Shown here: positions 18,888 through 29,060 of the stretch, piece after piece
Layout of the letters: each line of letters opens with the position of its first letter
How positions within the stretch are numbered: the first letter of the stretch is position 1
NCBI GenBank assembly: GCA_964518475.1
Contig: CAZFGR010000001.1
Coordinates: 320,001 to 384,000 of the forward strand
Reading direction: 5' to 3'
Length of the DNA: 64,000 bases
Origin: an uncultured Nitrososphaerota archaeon
Lineage (GTDB): Archaea > Asgardarchaeota > Njordarchaeia > Njordarchaeales > Njordarchaeaceae
Program-made: the position numbers and the translations under genes
The notes under the pieces: generated by a model
Database searches by the model: none
Seen by the model: only the letters and a program-made list of their open reading frames with translations
Told to the model about the DNA's origin: nothing

Positions 18888-19979
18888 TTAAAGAACTATG
18901 CTAAGCTTATATCCGCAATCTGGACAAATAGGCTCTTTAACTAAAACTTCTACTGCCCAAGGCGATAATAGACTGTATCCTCGTTTAATAATAATTCTCC
19001 CACATTTGGGGCAGTAAGTATTTTCCCAAGGATGATTAGGAATATTGCCAACGTATACGTATTCTAAACCCTCTTCTACTCCAATTCTTCTAGCCTTCTC
19101 AATAGTCTCTATGGGTGTAGTAGGCGGTAAGTTATACTCTAACGCTCGATATTCCGCAAAGTATCTCGTAACGTGCCAAGGTGTATCGGATCCCAATTCA
19201 TCACATATTCTCCTAGCAATCATGCGCAAGCAATCTTCGCTATCATTAACCGAGGGGATAATTAATGTTGTTATTTCTACGTGAACTCCTTTTTCCTTAA
19301 ATATTCGGGCATTCCGAAACACGATTTCTACATCCGCTCCCGTCCATTTTCCTATTTTTTTACCACAGCCTTTTATGTCTATGTTAATAGCATCAAGTCC
19401 CGATTTAACAAGAAGATCAAGAGCTTCTACTGTCATATAGCCGTTACTAACGTATGTGTTGAACATATTCTCTTTTTTGGCTAGAGGCATTACATCCAGG
19501 GAATATTCGAATAATGTTACTGAGGGTTCATTGAAAGAAAAACTTGTACCAGCAGCGCCATATCTTTTAGCTAGTTCAATTAAGCGCCGAGGAGAAATAT
19601 AGTTGCATTTAGATACCCAGAATTTTGATATCTCCCAGTTTTGGCACCAGGGACATGTAAAGTTGCAGCCCCAAGAACCGACCGTAATGGCGTATTTATC
19701 TGGATAAAAGTTGAAGAAAGGTTTTTTAGCCATAGGATTATTACTAATCGCGCTTATATTCCCATACGTCAAAACGTATAATTCGCCTCCATGATTATAA
19801 CGTGCACCACACATCCCCCTCATTCCTGGCGGAATCACACAACGACGTTCGCAGACAAGACAACGAACTTTTTTCCCACCTAGTTCTTCCCATAACATTG
19901 CAATTCTTGCACAAGGAGTTTCTAACAATTTTTCGCTTATCTTTCTTATCCTTTCCAAGCTATATTTTCCCATTAACAT
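18888..19979 (-). CDS. amrS: AmmeMemoRadiSam system radical SAM enzyme
   Basis: CNFTCPWCQNWEIS, NEP, DAINIDIKG, YVYVGN, CPKCG. Confidence 0.9.
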   Translation of the reverse strand: MLMGKYSLERIRKISEKLLETPCARIAMLWEELGGKKVRCLVCERRCVIPPGMRGMCGARYNHGGELYVLTYGNISAISNNPMAKKPFFNFYPDKYAITVGSWGCNFTCPWCQNWEISKFWVSKCNYISPRRLIELAKRYGAAGTSFSFNEPSVTLFEYSLDVMPLAKKENMFNTYVSNGYMTVEALDLLVKSGLDAINIDIKGCGKKIGKWTGADVEIVFRNARIFKEKGVHVEITTLIIPSVNDSEDCLRMIARRICDELGSDTPWHVTRYFAEYRALEYNLPPTTPIETIEKARRIGVEEGLEYVYVGNIPNHPWENTYCPKCGRIIIKRGYSLLSPWAVEVLVKEPICPDCGYKLSIVL

Positions 19980-19982
19980 AAA

Positions 19983-21293
19983 TTACTCACTCAGAATTTC
20001 TTTTAGATAAGTTATGACATTCTTCATTGAAACTTCTTTTCTCGTGTTCGATTCTCTATCATAAATAGTCACGACGTTTTTTTCAACCTCTTTACTTCCC
20101 AAGAATATTAAAACCGGCACCCCTTTCTTTAAAGCATATTCTCTTTGTTTTTGCTGGGATCTCCTCATTAAATCTATTTGCACCCTGAATCCGTTCTCAC
20201 GAAGATAAGATACTAGATGCCAAGCGCGCTGGTATAAATCTCTGGATAATACAACGACGTATATTTGTGTATAAGTTTTCTTTTTTGTTTCAAAGACACC
20301 AGTTAATAGACCTGCATCGATTACGCGATCAATACCAATAGAAGTTCCTGTTGCGGGATAATCGTGGCCAGAGTATAGCTTTATTAGTTCATCATAACGC
20401 CCACCACCAGCCACGGATCCTATTCCAGCATCCTCTATAACGACCTCCCAAATTGGCCCCGTGTAGTAATCGAGCCCCCTTACAAGGCTAAAGTCAATCT
20501 TCACAAATGATTTTTTAGATCCTAATAGATCGAGTATTTCCATTATATGAGTCATTTTTTCCCGAATCTTACTGTAATCAATACTTTTCATTACTTGGAG
20601 TCTCTCGATTACTTCATCTAATCCTCCTTGTACATCAATAATTTCAAGAATTCTCTCTATTTCTTTTTTGGATAATCCTGCTTTAGTTAACTCCTCTTTT
20701 ACGCCTTCCAATCCTATCTTATCAAGCTTATCTATGATACGATAAATTCTAATACACTCCTGCTGGGAAAAGTTTAATTCCCGCTCAAAAAGATCAGAAA
20801 GTACTCTTCTATCATTTAGTTTTAAACAAAAATTTCTGAACCCTAATTTATGGAAAATTTCAATAGTAAGATCAATAACTTCCGCGTCCGCCTCAGGAAA
20901 GGGAGAACCTACGATATCCGCATCCGCCTGCCAGATCTCTCTATAACGACCACGCTGGGGTCTATCGTGTCGCCATACACGTCCTATATGATATCTCTTA
21001 AATGGTAGGGGATAGGAATGCATCGAGAAAAATCTAGCTAATGGTACTGTTAAGTCATACCTTAATGCATACCATTGCTCTGACCAAGGATCCTTAAATT
21101 TATAGACAAGCATCCTCTCGGCTTCTTCTCCATACTTACCCTTAAGCGTATCCCAATACTCTAGCGCTGGGGTTTCTATTGGATCAAAACCATATTTTTG
21201 AAAATTATCTTCAATAATCTCAACAACTTTCTTTCTTAATATCATTATCTCCGGAGGGAAATCTCTGAAACCGCTAGGGATCTGGTATGGCAT
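19983..21293 (-). CDS. hisS: Histidine--tRNA ligase
   Basis: GFRDF, LRYDLTVP, PQRGRYRE, RGLDYYTG, GGGRYD. Confidence 0.96.
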   Translation of the reverse strand: MPYQIPSGFRDFPPEIMILRKKVVEIIEDNFQKYGFDPIETPALEYWDTLKGKYGEEAERMLVYKFKDPWSEQWYALRYDLTVPLARFFSMHSYPLPFKRYHIGRVWRHDRPQRGRYREIWQADADIVGSPFPEADAEVIDLTIEIFHKLGFRNFCLKLNDRRVLSDLFERELNFSQQECIRIYRIIDKLDKIGLEGVKEELTKAGLSKKEIERILEIIDVQGGLDEVIERLQVMKSIDYSKIREKMTHIMEILDLLGSKKSFVKIDFSLVRGLDYYTGPIWEVVIEDAGIGSVAGGGRYDELIKLYSGHDYPATGTSIGIDRVIDAGLLTGVFETKKKTYTQIYVVVLSRDLYQRAWHLVSYLRENGFRVQIDLMRRSQQKQREYALKKGVPVLIFLGSKEVEKNVVTIYDRESNTRKEVSMKNVITYLKEILSE

Positions 21294-22501
21294 TAAGCTG
21301 CACCAGTTGGCAAGGATTTCTCCTTTTCAATTATTTTCTCATTACCAATTCCTACAGTATTTCCTATACCCGCTATTATTACCTTTCCTTCTTTAGGAAC
21401 CTCCTCTCTTATTAGCTTTTTCACTACTTCAACTGCACGATCAGCAGCTTCAGCTATTTCCCTATTCATCGGAGTAACAGCCTCTATGTATGATTCCTTA
21501 ATAACTACCGCATATAGGGGTATCTTGTACTTCGCACATACTGTTTCGATTTTGTATTTTTCTGGCCCTGGGTCCCCAATCGCCGCTCCAACACCTACTG
21601 CTATATCTCCCGTTTTTTCACTTTCTAATCTAAGCGCAGCATCAATTGTGATAACTGCTTGAACGTCTCCTTTAAGCTCTTCGATTACCTTCTTGATTAC
21701 CTCTCCTGGTTTTCCTACTTCGCTTCCAGGGCCATGGGCTTTTAATGAGAGTATGTATCGGTCCTCAAATTCAGAGACGCTATAGATTACATCGTTGGTT
21801 TCATCTACTGTGACCTCCTCGCCGAAAAACCTTTGAGCAACCATTGGACCTACTCCGTCACCTATTGGTATTCCTGCCCTGAAGGCTTTTAGAGCGTCAT
21901 AGTACGAAATTATCATCTCCCTAAAATATGGTATCAGCATCTTAAGCTGCATTAAGTAAATATATGATTTCGTGTTGACGCCTACTCGGTATATATGCTC
22001 GGATAGTTTGTATATTGAGTGAATAGCAGACGCCGCCTCTAACGCGCTCTCTAAGTTTTTCTTAATGTATAAGGGGGCATCTGGGATTATTCTGTTAGCG
22101 ATTCCTCTTAACCGTTTTTTCCGGACATCAAGAAGATGCTCTAGTCGTTGAAGTACCCCTGAGGGATCTAAAGTTACAGGACTTATTACAAAAGAATCTA
22201 GAACTTCTTTCGTCCAGTCGAGCAGTTTATTGAATTCCGGATCTTTTTTCAGTTGTTCGGCTTTTTCTCTTGCTGTGATTCCTGGTACTTTCTCAATTAA
22301 ATCTCTGCGTGCTGAGAGTATTATTGAAACGATATACCATCTCCCTAGTCCGTCATATACTCGAACTTCATTTAGAAAAGATCTTACGGAGTATATCAGC
22401 ATGTATGCTTGGATCTCGCTTAGAAATAGTAGGAATATAAAGAAGATTATCCAGGACAACCACTCAGTTCCCGTTTGAGCTTGTTGAATAAGCATAAACA
22501 T
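21293..22501 (-). CDS. DUF1512 family protein
   Basis: PIGDGVGP, KAHGPG, IDAALRLE, GVGAAIGDPGPEK, GIGNTVGIG. Confidence 0.85.
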   Translation of the reverse strand: MFMLIQQAQTGTEWLSWIIFFIFLLFLSEIQAYMLIYSVRSFLNEVRVYDGLGRWYIVSIILSARRDLIEKVPGITAREKAEQLKKDPEFNKLLDWTKEVLDSFVISPVTLDPSGVLQRLEHLLDVRKKRLRGIANRIIPDAPLYIKKNLESALEAASAIHSIYKLSEHIYRVGVNTKSYIYLMQLKMLIPYFREMIISYYDALKAFRAGIPIGDGVGPMVAQRFFGEEVTVDETNDVIYSVSEFEDRYILSLKAHGPGSEVGKPGEVIKKVIEELKGDVQAVITIDAALRLESEKTGDIAVGVGAAIGDPGPEKYKIETVCAKYKIPLYAVVIKESYIEAVTPMNREIAEAADRAVEVVKKLIREEVPKEGKVIIAGIGNTVGIGNEKIIEKEKSLPTGAA

Positions 22502-22680
22502 GAGTTATTACCTCATACAAATCTTAGTTGACTTTATAAGAAAACTCCAGAGTCTATGAAAAATATATGTGTTTATCCATTACAGTTTATGGAAATCATT
22601 AACTACACAACCTAAGAAGCACTAAGTAGAATGAATTTCTTTGGTGAACATAGAGAATTTAAAGAATAGTGGAGATAATT

Positions 22681-25230
22681 ATGGGCAAGCAATCAAGACT
22701 TGATATGTTCTTTCGACAAGACTCTTCGGGCAAAAAAACTACTGAGATAATGGATAAAAACACCACTATTTCATCGCTAAGCGATATGATAAAGGAATTT
22801 AAGTCTAAAATAAAATTACCAGAAATAAGGGATACTATTAGTAAAAGATATTCTATAGGAGAGATAACCTCTAAAGCCAAGAAAATTCTTGTTGTTACTG
22901 AGAAACCAAAAGTTGCTCAGGCTATAGCGAAGGCTCTAGGATCTGGTAAAGCACGTAGTATAAAATCGCGTTCAAGATCCCTCATTGTGTATGACGTAAA
23001 TTGGAATAATAAGAAAATAACAATCATACCTCTCCGGGGACATATCATAGAGTACGCACCCATAGACAGATTCTCTGGTAAATGGGAGGAAAGCGATCCT
23101 AGACAGATTATTAATCCTTCATCATTACGAGAGATTGTTACGGAAAAATTAATTGCTGAGGTTTTAAGTGCTGAGAGCCGAAACGCCGATCTTTTACTGT
23201 TAGCTACTGATGCTGATGAAGAAGGTGCTAATATTGGATTAGAGGCCTACGAAATTGTGAGAAAACAAAGAAAGGATATTCCAGTGTATCAGATGTGGTT
23301 CATTTCTCTCCAACCCACTGAGTTGAGAACTGCTTTTAATAAACCTATAGAGCCTAAGTGGAATTGGGCGTATGCCGTTAAAGCTCGTAGAATTATAGAT
23401 GCCATGATAGGCTTTTCCGCAACAAGAGAACTCACGGTAGCTTTTAGAGAAGTTACCAAATCATTGCGAATTAAGGCTCTTTCTATAGGACGAGTGCAGA
23501 CACCGACTTTATATCTTCTCTTCTTGCGTGAAAGAGAGATAAAAAATTTTAAACCAAAGCCATACTGGGTGCTTAGAGCACAGTTCCAGATAAACGGCTC
23601 CAGAGCCGAAGGGCAGCACATTGATTCGCCTTTTTGGGACGAAGAAAGAGCAAAAAACGTTTTTTCTAGAATAAGAGACGCACGTAGAGCGGTCGTTAAA
23701 GAAGTACATGTGTCTAAAGAATCGAAGCTTCCACCAACTCCTTTAGATACAACAAAAGCCTTAGCGATGATAAACAATATCTTAGGTATTCCTTCGTCGA
23801 GAGCTATGAAAATTCTAGAAGATCTTTATTTAAACGGCCTAATCACGTATCCTAGAACAGATACAGATAAATATCCGGAAACCTACAATCACATTCCCAA
23901 CCTCAGAGCTTTGCAAAAAATCCCTACTTTCTCATCTATTGTAAGAGATATCTTCTCGAAAGGCGCAAAACTACGTAGAAATGGAACTAGGCTAGTTGGT
24001 GATCACCTTCCCATAACACCAATAGATGCTGCAACACCGGGAGATAAAAGATTGCCTACTCAGCAACATGCAATGGTATATGATTTAATTGTTAGGAGAT
24101 ATCTCTCTCTATTCTTGGAGCCTGCAGAAATAATCCGCTTTAAAGCGCTCATTGCCATTAATAGTGAGCTTTTCGAGTTTTCTGGGACTAGAATCTTAAA
24201 GAGTGGCTTCTATATTGTGTATCCCTACGATAAACCGAAGGAGTCTATCTATGCAGAGATTTTTGAGGGACAGGAAATCCTTGTTGAAAAGGTTTTTCCA
24301 CCCGAGAAAAGGTATACCCAACCTCCTCCTCGCTTGAAGGAAAGCGATTTAATAAAGATCATGGAAACGCTTGGACTTGGTACAAAAAGCACAAGACCCG
24401 ATCATATAGAGACGTTAATATCGAGACGATATGTAGAGAGAAAAGGAAAAACTCTGAGAATAACGAGTATTGGATGGATCTTAGCTGAATTTCTAGAACA
24501 AATATGGCCCGATTTCGTTAAACCATTCTTTAGCGCTTACGTACATGCGTGGATGAGAAAAGTAATGAATGGAGAAATCCACTGGCAGGAAATGGTTCGG
24601 GATGTCCAAGAAAAGTTCCTTAGTTTGTTCGACGAGTTAAGAAAAAACATTACTAATCTCAAAGGAAAACTTCTAAAAGTCTCGAAAGAATATGCTCAAA
24701 AGAATGAAATAATGAAGTGTCCTAGATGTAACAGCTCGGTTATCGCTATACCTAGTAAGAAAGCAAAGGTAAACATCCTAAAGTGCACACACTGCGACTT
24801 CTCAACTATAGTGCCGAAAGCTACTAAATACGTCGCTCAAGAAATTAAGTGCTCAATTTGTCATACTAATGTATTATTACTTAAGAGAAGAGGAAAAGCC
24901 GATATATATCTATGCCCTATTTGTTGGCGTACAAAAGGAATTTGTAGTAAATGTGATCATCTAGAATACTGTGATATGAAAAAAATTCTTGAAAAAGAAC
25001 GAGAAAAAACTATTGTTGGGAAATGCGACTGTGGCGGAAAACTAATTTATCTAGTAAATTGGCGCGTGGTAAAGTGTGATAATTGTAATCAACAATACCA
25101 CTTACCTAAGAGAGGATCTATTAAATTGCTGAAAAAGACATGCCCCATTTGTCAAAAGTATAGATTACTAAGAATAAAAACAGCGAAGAGCACAACATAT
25201 TACTGTATAAAGTGCGGTATTGTGAAATGA
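22681..25230 (+). CDS. topA: Type IA DNA topoisomerase with C-terminal zinc ribbons and N-terminal PIP-box-like motif
   Basis: TEKP, ATDADEEG, GRVQTPTL, ITYPRTD, LGTKSTR; many CxxC motifs. Confidence 0.93.
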   Translation: MGKQSRLDMFFRQDSSGKKTTEIMDKNTTISSLSDMIKEFKSKIKLPEIRDTISKRYSIGEITSKAKKILVVTEKPKVAQAIAKALGSGKARSIKSRSRSLIVYDVNWNNKKITIIPLRGHIIEYAPIDRFSGKWEESDPRQIINPSSLREIVTEKLIAEVLSAESRNADLLLLATDADEEGANIGLEAYEIVRKQRKDIPVYQMWFISLQPTELRTAFNKPIEPKWNWAYAVKARRIIDAMIGFSATRELTVAFREVTKSLRIKALSIGRVQTPTLYLLFLREREIKNFKPKPYWVLRAQFQINGSRAEGQHIDSPFWDEERAKNVFSRIRDARRAVVKEVHVSKESKLPPTPLDTTKALAMINNILGIPSSRAMKILEDLYLNGLITYPRTDTDKYPETYNHIPNLRALQKIPTFSSIVRDIFSKGAKLRRNGTRLVGDHLPITPIDAATPGDKRLPTQQHAMVYDLIVRRYLSLFLEPAEIIRFKALIAINSELFEFSGTRILKSGFYIVYPYDKPKESIYAEIFEGQEILVEKVFPPEKRYTQPPPRLKESDLIKIMETLGLGTKSTRPDHIETLISRRYVERKGKTLRITSIGWILAEFLEQIWPDFVKPFFSAYVHAWMRKVMNGEIHWQEMVRDVQEKFLSLFDELRKNITNLKGKLLKVSKEYAQKNEIMKCPRCNSSVIAIPSKKAKVNILKCTHCDFSTIVPKATKYVAQEIKCSICHTNVLLLKRRGKADIYLCPICWRTKGICSKCDHLEYCDMKKILEKEREKTIVGKCDCGGKLIYLVNWRVVKCDNCNQQYHLPKRGSIKLLKKTCPICQKYRLLRIKTAKSTTYYCIKCGIVK

Positions 25231-25271
25231 GATTATGAATTTCTAACACTCGTTAGATTAGAGAAAAAATA

Positions 25272-25334
25272 GTGCTCCGAACTTAAAGGACTCATCATTA
25301 ATATAATCAGAGATCACCTCCTTCTTCATCGCAC
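25272..25334 (-). ncRNA. Box C/D guide sRNA with guides to the 16S 3' end (GAUCACCUCCU) and to AACUUAAAGGA
   Basis: Minus strand: GTGC-g-ATGAAGA-aggaggtgatct-CTGA-ttatatta-ATGATGA-gtcctttaagtt-CGGA-GCAC (4-bp terminal stem). Confidence 0.85.
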
Positions 25335-25499
25335 ATCTACTTCGACATAATAAGTATAGATTAATTTCTTTGTTGAATTTAATCCCGTATCACCTATCAC
25401 TACGCTTAATCATCAATAATATAATATCAAACTTTAATAACGGGAAATAATTGGTGAATTTAATTACACTCACATTGCGATTAGTAGGTTCTTAGCTTA

Positions 25500-25919
25500 A
25501 TGGTAAACGGATCTAAAGAGAGAAGACTTATGCACGATCTAATAGAATATGCTGAACTAGTAAGAGCTCGAATAAATCTGTTAGAGAAGAGAATAAGGGA
25601 AATACAATCAAACTTGGAGCAAATAGAAAGCGATTTCGAGGAAAGATCGGGTGTTGAGGAATTAGAGGAATTTTTCTCCAGACTTAATGATTCACAGGAA
25701 AGACTAGAAAAAATAAAAAGACTTATTGGTAGAGTCGATGAGTATATTCAGGAACTAGAAATAATTAAGGGACGTTCTGAAGTATATGATGAACTTCTTG
25801 AGAATACAAGCACATTACTAAAAATCGTAGAAAAAGATCTGGATAATATAGAAATAGAAACTGATGAGCTAATTGAAGATATAGAATCTTTAAGAGAAGA
25901 ATTGGAAGAGAGTGATTAA
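25500..25919 (+). CDS. Acidic coiled-coil protein
   Basis: Heptad-rich E/L/I sequence, abuts the downstream gene. Confidence 0.65.
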   Translation: MVNGSKERRLMHDLIEYAELVRARINLLEKRIREIQSNLEQIESDFEERSGVEELEEFFSRLNDSQERLEKIKRLIGRVDEYIQELEIIKGRSEVYDELLENTSTLLKIVEKDLDNIEIETDELIEDIESLREELEESD

Positions 25920-26618
25920 ATGAAAGCTCTAATTCTTGCGGGTGGATTTGGTAAGCGACTAAGACCGTATACAGAAAACATCCCCAAGCCATTAGTTCGT
26001 GTTAAAGGAAAACCTATTCTTGTTCATCAGATTGAATGGCTAAAAAAATTTGGCATAAGAGATATCGTTTTAGCAGTAGGTTATTTAAAAGAAAAGGTAA
26101 TTGAGGAAATTGGTAGCGGAAAAAACTTTGGTGTAAGAGTAGCTTATGTAGTAGAGGAAGAACCACTTGGTACAGCAGGAGCGATAAAAAACGCCGAAAA
26201 TGTATTGCATAATGAGAAATTCTTTTTCGTATTGAACGGAGACATTATCACTGATATCGATCTCAATGTAATCATAGACAAAATCCTGAATAGCGGACAC
26301 AATGTTCTTGGGGTACTTGCTTTAGTTCCTCTTCCAAGCCCCTACGGAATTATCGAAATTGATGATGAAGGAAGAATATTGCAATTTAGAGAAAAACCAG
26401 TACTAAGGAATTATTGGATCAACGCTGGTGTCTATTGCTTTAGGCCAGAGATATTTGAGTATTTACCAGAGAAGGGAGATATCGAAAGAACAGCGTTTCC
26501 AAAGTTGGCAGAAGAAGGTAAACTATTAGCCGTACCTTTTGAGAATGTCTTCTGGAAAGCCATTGATACGCATAAAGATATAGAAGAGGCAGAAAAACTT
26601 TTAGAAAGAAAAAGCTGA
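25920..26618 (+). CDS. NDP-sugar pyrophosphorylase / nucleotidyltransferase
   Basis: ILAGGFGKRLRP..PKPL, EPLGTAGA, NGD, FREKP. Confidence 0.92.
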   Translation: MKALILAGGFGKRLRPYTENIPKPLVRVKGKPILVHQIEWLKKFGIRDIVLAVGYLKEKVIEEIGSGKNFGVRVAYVVEEEPLGTAGAIKNAENVLHNEKFFFVLNGDIITDIDLNVIIDKILNSGHNVLGVLALVPLPSPYGIIEIDDEGRILQFREKPVLRNYWINAGVYCFRPEIFEYLPEKGDIERTAFPKLAEEGKLLAVPFENVFWKAIDTHKDIEEAEKLLERKS

Positions 26619-26636
26619 TGACTTAGGACTTTTCAC

Positions 26637-27239
26637 TTATTGTTTTATTCTTTGTTTTCGCACCATCCTTGTTTTTCTTAAATTATCTTCGCGAATTAAT
26701 TGTTGCAGACCATTAAGTAGCTCATGTAACATCTCTATATCCTTAAAATTCTTTACAAGCCCCTTCTTAAGCAATTCTTTACCGCATTCTCTAACTAGCA
26801 TATTTGAGTCCAAAGGTTCATTATTCTTTTTTACTTCATCGAGTAATATCGCATAATAAGCCAAGGCAGCAAGAGTCCTAGTATTGTATTGTGATAGTAT
26901 TTTAGCAAGCTTCCAAAGCTTGATTCTCTTTTCAGAACTAAGCATATGCGAAATAAGTAGTCTTCCTCTCTCTGTCAACACCAATTCTCCATTACTTTTT
27001 TCTGAGAGTTCCCCCAAAGACAACAATGCATTTACAGCATTGTTTACGCTTGCCGCTTCCACCCCATCATTATATATCTCCAGTACTTCTAGTTTTTTTC
27101 CGAGATTACTTTCTCCTAAACAGTATTTCAGAATGATCAACATGGCAGCTAATGCCCTTCTAGTTAATACAGAGCCCGTCCCTAAAGTTGCGTGCACAGA
27201 GACTATAATCTCAGCTATGATATTTGCTTTAGTTTTCAT
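26637..27239 (-). CDS. Hypothetical protein with winged-helix-like segment
   Basis: LLSLGEL...LVLTERG wing motif. Confidence 0.5.
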   Translation of the reverse strand: MKTKANIIAEIIVSVHATLGTGSVLTRRALAAMLIILKYCLGESNLGKKLEVLEIYNDGVEAASVNNAVNALLSLGELSEKSNGELVLTERGRLLISHMLSSEKRIKLWKLAKILSQYNTRTLAALAYYAILLDEVKKNNEPLDSNMLVRECGKELLKKGLVKNFKDIEMLHELLNGLQQLIREDNLRKTRMVRKQRIKQ

Positions 27240-27536
27240 TTAAAAGCCCCATCTATTATTTTCCAGAAATCGATAAGTTATTTGTTTAAAAAAGAATGTG
27301 ATAGAGAGCTACAGATCAGCGTATTATCCTACTTGAAATTGATCACTGACTTTAGCATTAATCATCTTTATTTATTCATTTAGAAGCTCGCGATCAAATT
27401 TATAAGTGATTATGACCTTGACCTAAAGAAACAAGAATCTAGGTTTAAGTAGCATTGATAGAATATGAAGAAGTTTATAACATCCGTTTGCTCAGAATAA
27501 GCACAAAACACAGAAGCAAGTATAAAAACTAGAAAT

Positions 27537-27640
27537 GCCGGGGTCGCCTAGTCCGGACCAGGGCGCCGGTTAAAGATAGGCGAAACTTGAGATCCGGTGG
27601 CGATTACGCCTCGCGGGTTCAAATCCCGCCCCCGGCACCA
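27537..27640 (+). tRNA. tRNA-Ser(UGA) with 15-nt non-canonical intron at 30/31 (27570-27584)
   Basis: GCCGGGG/CCCCGGC acceptor stem, long variable arm, GGTTCAAATCC, encoded CCA; removing the intron restores CCGGA-CT-TGA-GA-TCCGG; BHB helix CGCC/GGCG. Confidence 0.9.
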
Positions 27641-27658
27641 TTACTTATTAACCCTTCG

Positions 27659-27709
27659 ATGATGCGTACGGCCCCATCTGAGTTTCATGATGTAAGCTGG
27701 CATTACTGA
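27659..27709 (+). ncRNA. Box C/D guide sRNA immediately downstream of tRNA-Ser
   Basis: C ATGATGC, 12-nt guide, D' CTGA 27678-27681, C' ATGATGT 27687-27693, 12-nt guide, D CTGA 27706-27709. Confidence 0.75.
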
Positions 27710-27713
27710 GCTT

Positions 27714-28283
27714 CTACGTGTACTCAACAGAGACTGTTTCCTTTCTTTTTTCACTTATGATCTCCTCTTTTTCAACTATGAGCTTATTATCCACATCAAT
27801 CATTGAACTCAGAATTAGTAAAAACCAAGCCTTATCTCTAAGAGAAAATACATGTAAGCGATGCGAGAGAACTAGATAATAAATCTCAACTCCTTGTCTC
27901 CTATCTTTCTGTTCCTCTCCTTTGTAAGGCCTATGAAGAACCTCCACATCTACTCCCAGAACCCCAGTAATATTGCCTACTATCTTAGGAATAGACTCCT
28001 GAGAATCTATTGGAATTCGTCGCGATATGTTTATTACCAACGCCCTTTCCTTGTCATTGGGATGGGGTTGAATAGTTATAAGAATTGGTGGAAAATGGAG
28101 ATATCGCGGGGGTAAAATAATGAAACGACTTGTTTCTTGTCTAATAACGTAACGTTTATAATTCTCCTTAAAGATGTCTCTGAGAATTTTTTCCAACTCA
28201 TCACCAACTTCTGTTATATATGGAAACTCCTCAAGACTAACACTCCTAAATTTATCATCTTTCTGGGGCTGCTTCGACCTCAT
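27714..28283 (-). CDS. Hypothetical protein
   Basis: 189-aa ORF filling the gap between sRNA and acdB. Confidence 0.6.
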   Translation of the reverse strand: MRSKQPQKDDKFRSVSLEEFPYITEVGDELEKILRDIFKENYKRYVIRQETSRFIILPPRYLHFPPILITIQPHPNDKERALVINISRRIPIDSQESIPKIVGNITGVLGVDVEVLHRPYKGEEQKDRRQGVEIYYLVLSHRLHVFSLRDKAWFLLILSSMIDVDNKLIVEKEEIISEKRKETVSVEYT

Positions 28284-28385
28284 CTAGCATGCCTCAATAA
28301 ACCAATCTTGCTCCAAAATATGTATATAGTGTTAAAATTTCTTGTATAGGAAAAAACTGTTAAGAACTTATGTAAGGTGATTCTT

Positions 28386-29060
28386 ATGTCCCATGAAAAA
28401 AGAGGCCATCCATTAACTGAGGCAGAAACTAAAGCACTTCTCGAAAAATACGGAATCCCCTTCCCTAAAAGAGCTATAGCTAAGAGTAAGGAAGAGGCAG
28501 TTGAGAAAGCTAAGGAAATAGGTTTCCCAATTGTAATGAAAATCTTAAGCCCAGACATTATCCATAAAACAGATGTTGGGGGAGTTATATTAGACATAAA
28601 GAATGAAAATGAGGTCGCAACAGCATGGGACAACATGATGAACAATGTTAAGAAAAAAGCTCCATCAGCGAGAATCGAAGGTGTGTTATTAGAGGAAATG
28701 ATTAAAGGCGGTTACGAAGTAATTATTGGAGGCCTGCGTGATCCCGTATTCGGTCCTGTTGTAATGTTTGGTGGCTTGGGGGGAATTTATGTCGAACTTT
28801 TTGAAGATGTATCATTTAGACTTGCTCCAATAGACGAGAGAGAAGCTGAAGAAATGATGAAAGAAACTAAAGGTTATCAAATCCTAGCTGGTTATAGAGG
28901 AATGGAAAAAGGAGATTTAGAGGGACTCAAAAAACTTTTAGTAAAGGTTTCGCAAATAATGGCAGAACATTCAGAGATACTTGAGCTTGACTTGAACCCA
29001 GTGCGCGTCTTTCCAAATCGAGTCGTGGTTCTAGACGCTAAATGTATCGTCAGTCGGTGA
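28386..29060 (+). CDS. acdB: ADP-forming acyl-CoA synthetase beta subunit (ATP-grasp)
   Basis: SPDIIHKTDVGGV, DPVFGPVVMFG, ELDLNP. Confidence 0.9.
   Translation: MSHEKRGHPLTEAETKALLEKYGIPFPKRAIAKSKEEAVEKAKEIGFPIVMKILSPDIIHKTDVGGVILDIKNENEVATAWDNMMNNVKKKAPSARIEGVLLEEMIKGGYEVIIGGLRDPVFGPVVMFGGLGGIYVELFEDVSFRLAPIDEREAEEMMKETKGYQILAGYRGMEKGDLEGLKKLLVKVSQIMAEHSEILELDLNPVRVFPNRVVVLDAKCIVSR

Noticed and set aside
27314-27368. Possible minus-strand C/D RNA (ATGATTA...GTGA...CTGA)
   Set aside because: No credible C' box and no recognisable guide target.
27561-27598. Alternative reading of the 27537 tRNA as Leu(GAG) (loop TT-GAG-AT), which would fit A73
   Set aside because: It removes nucleotide 26, lacks a BHB at the required junction, and a proper tRNA-Leu(GAG) exists at 53014.
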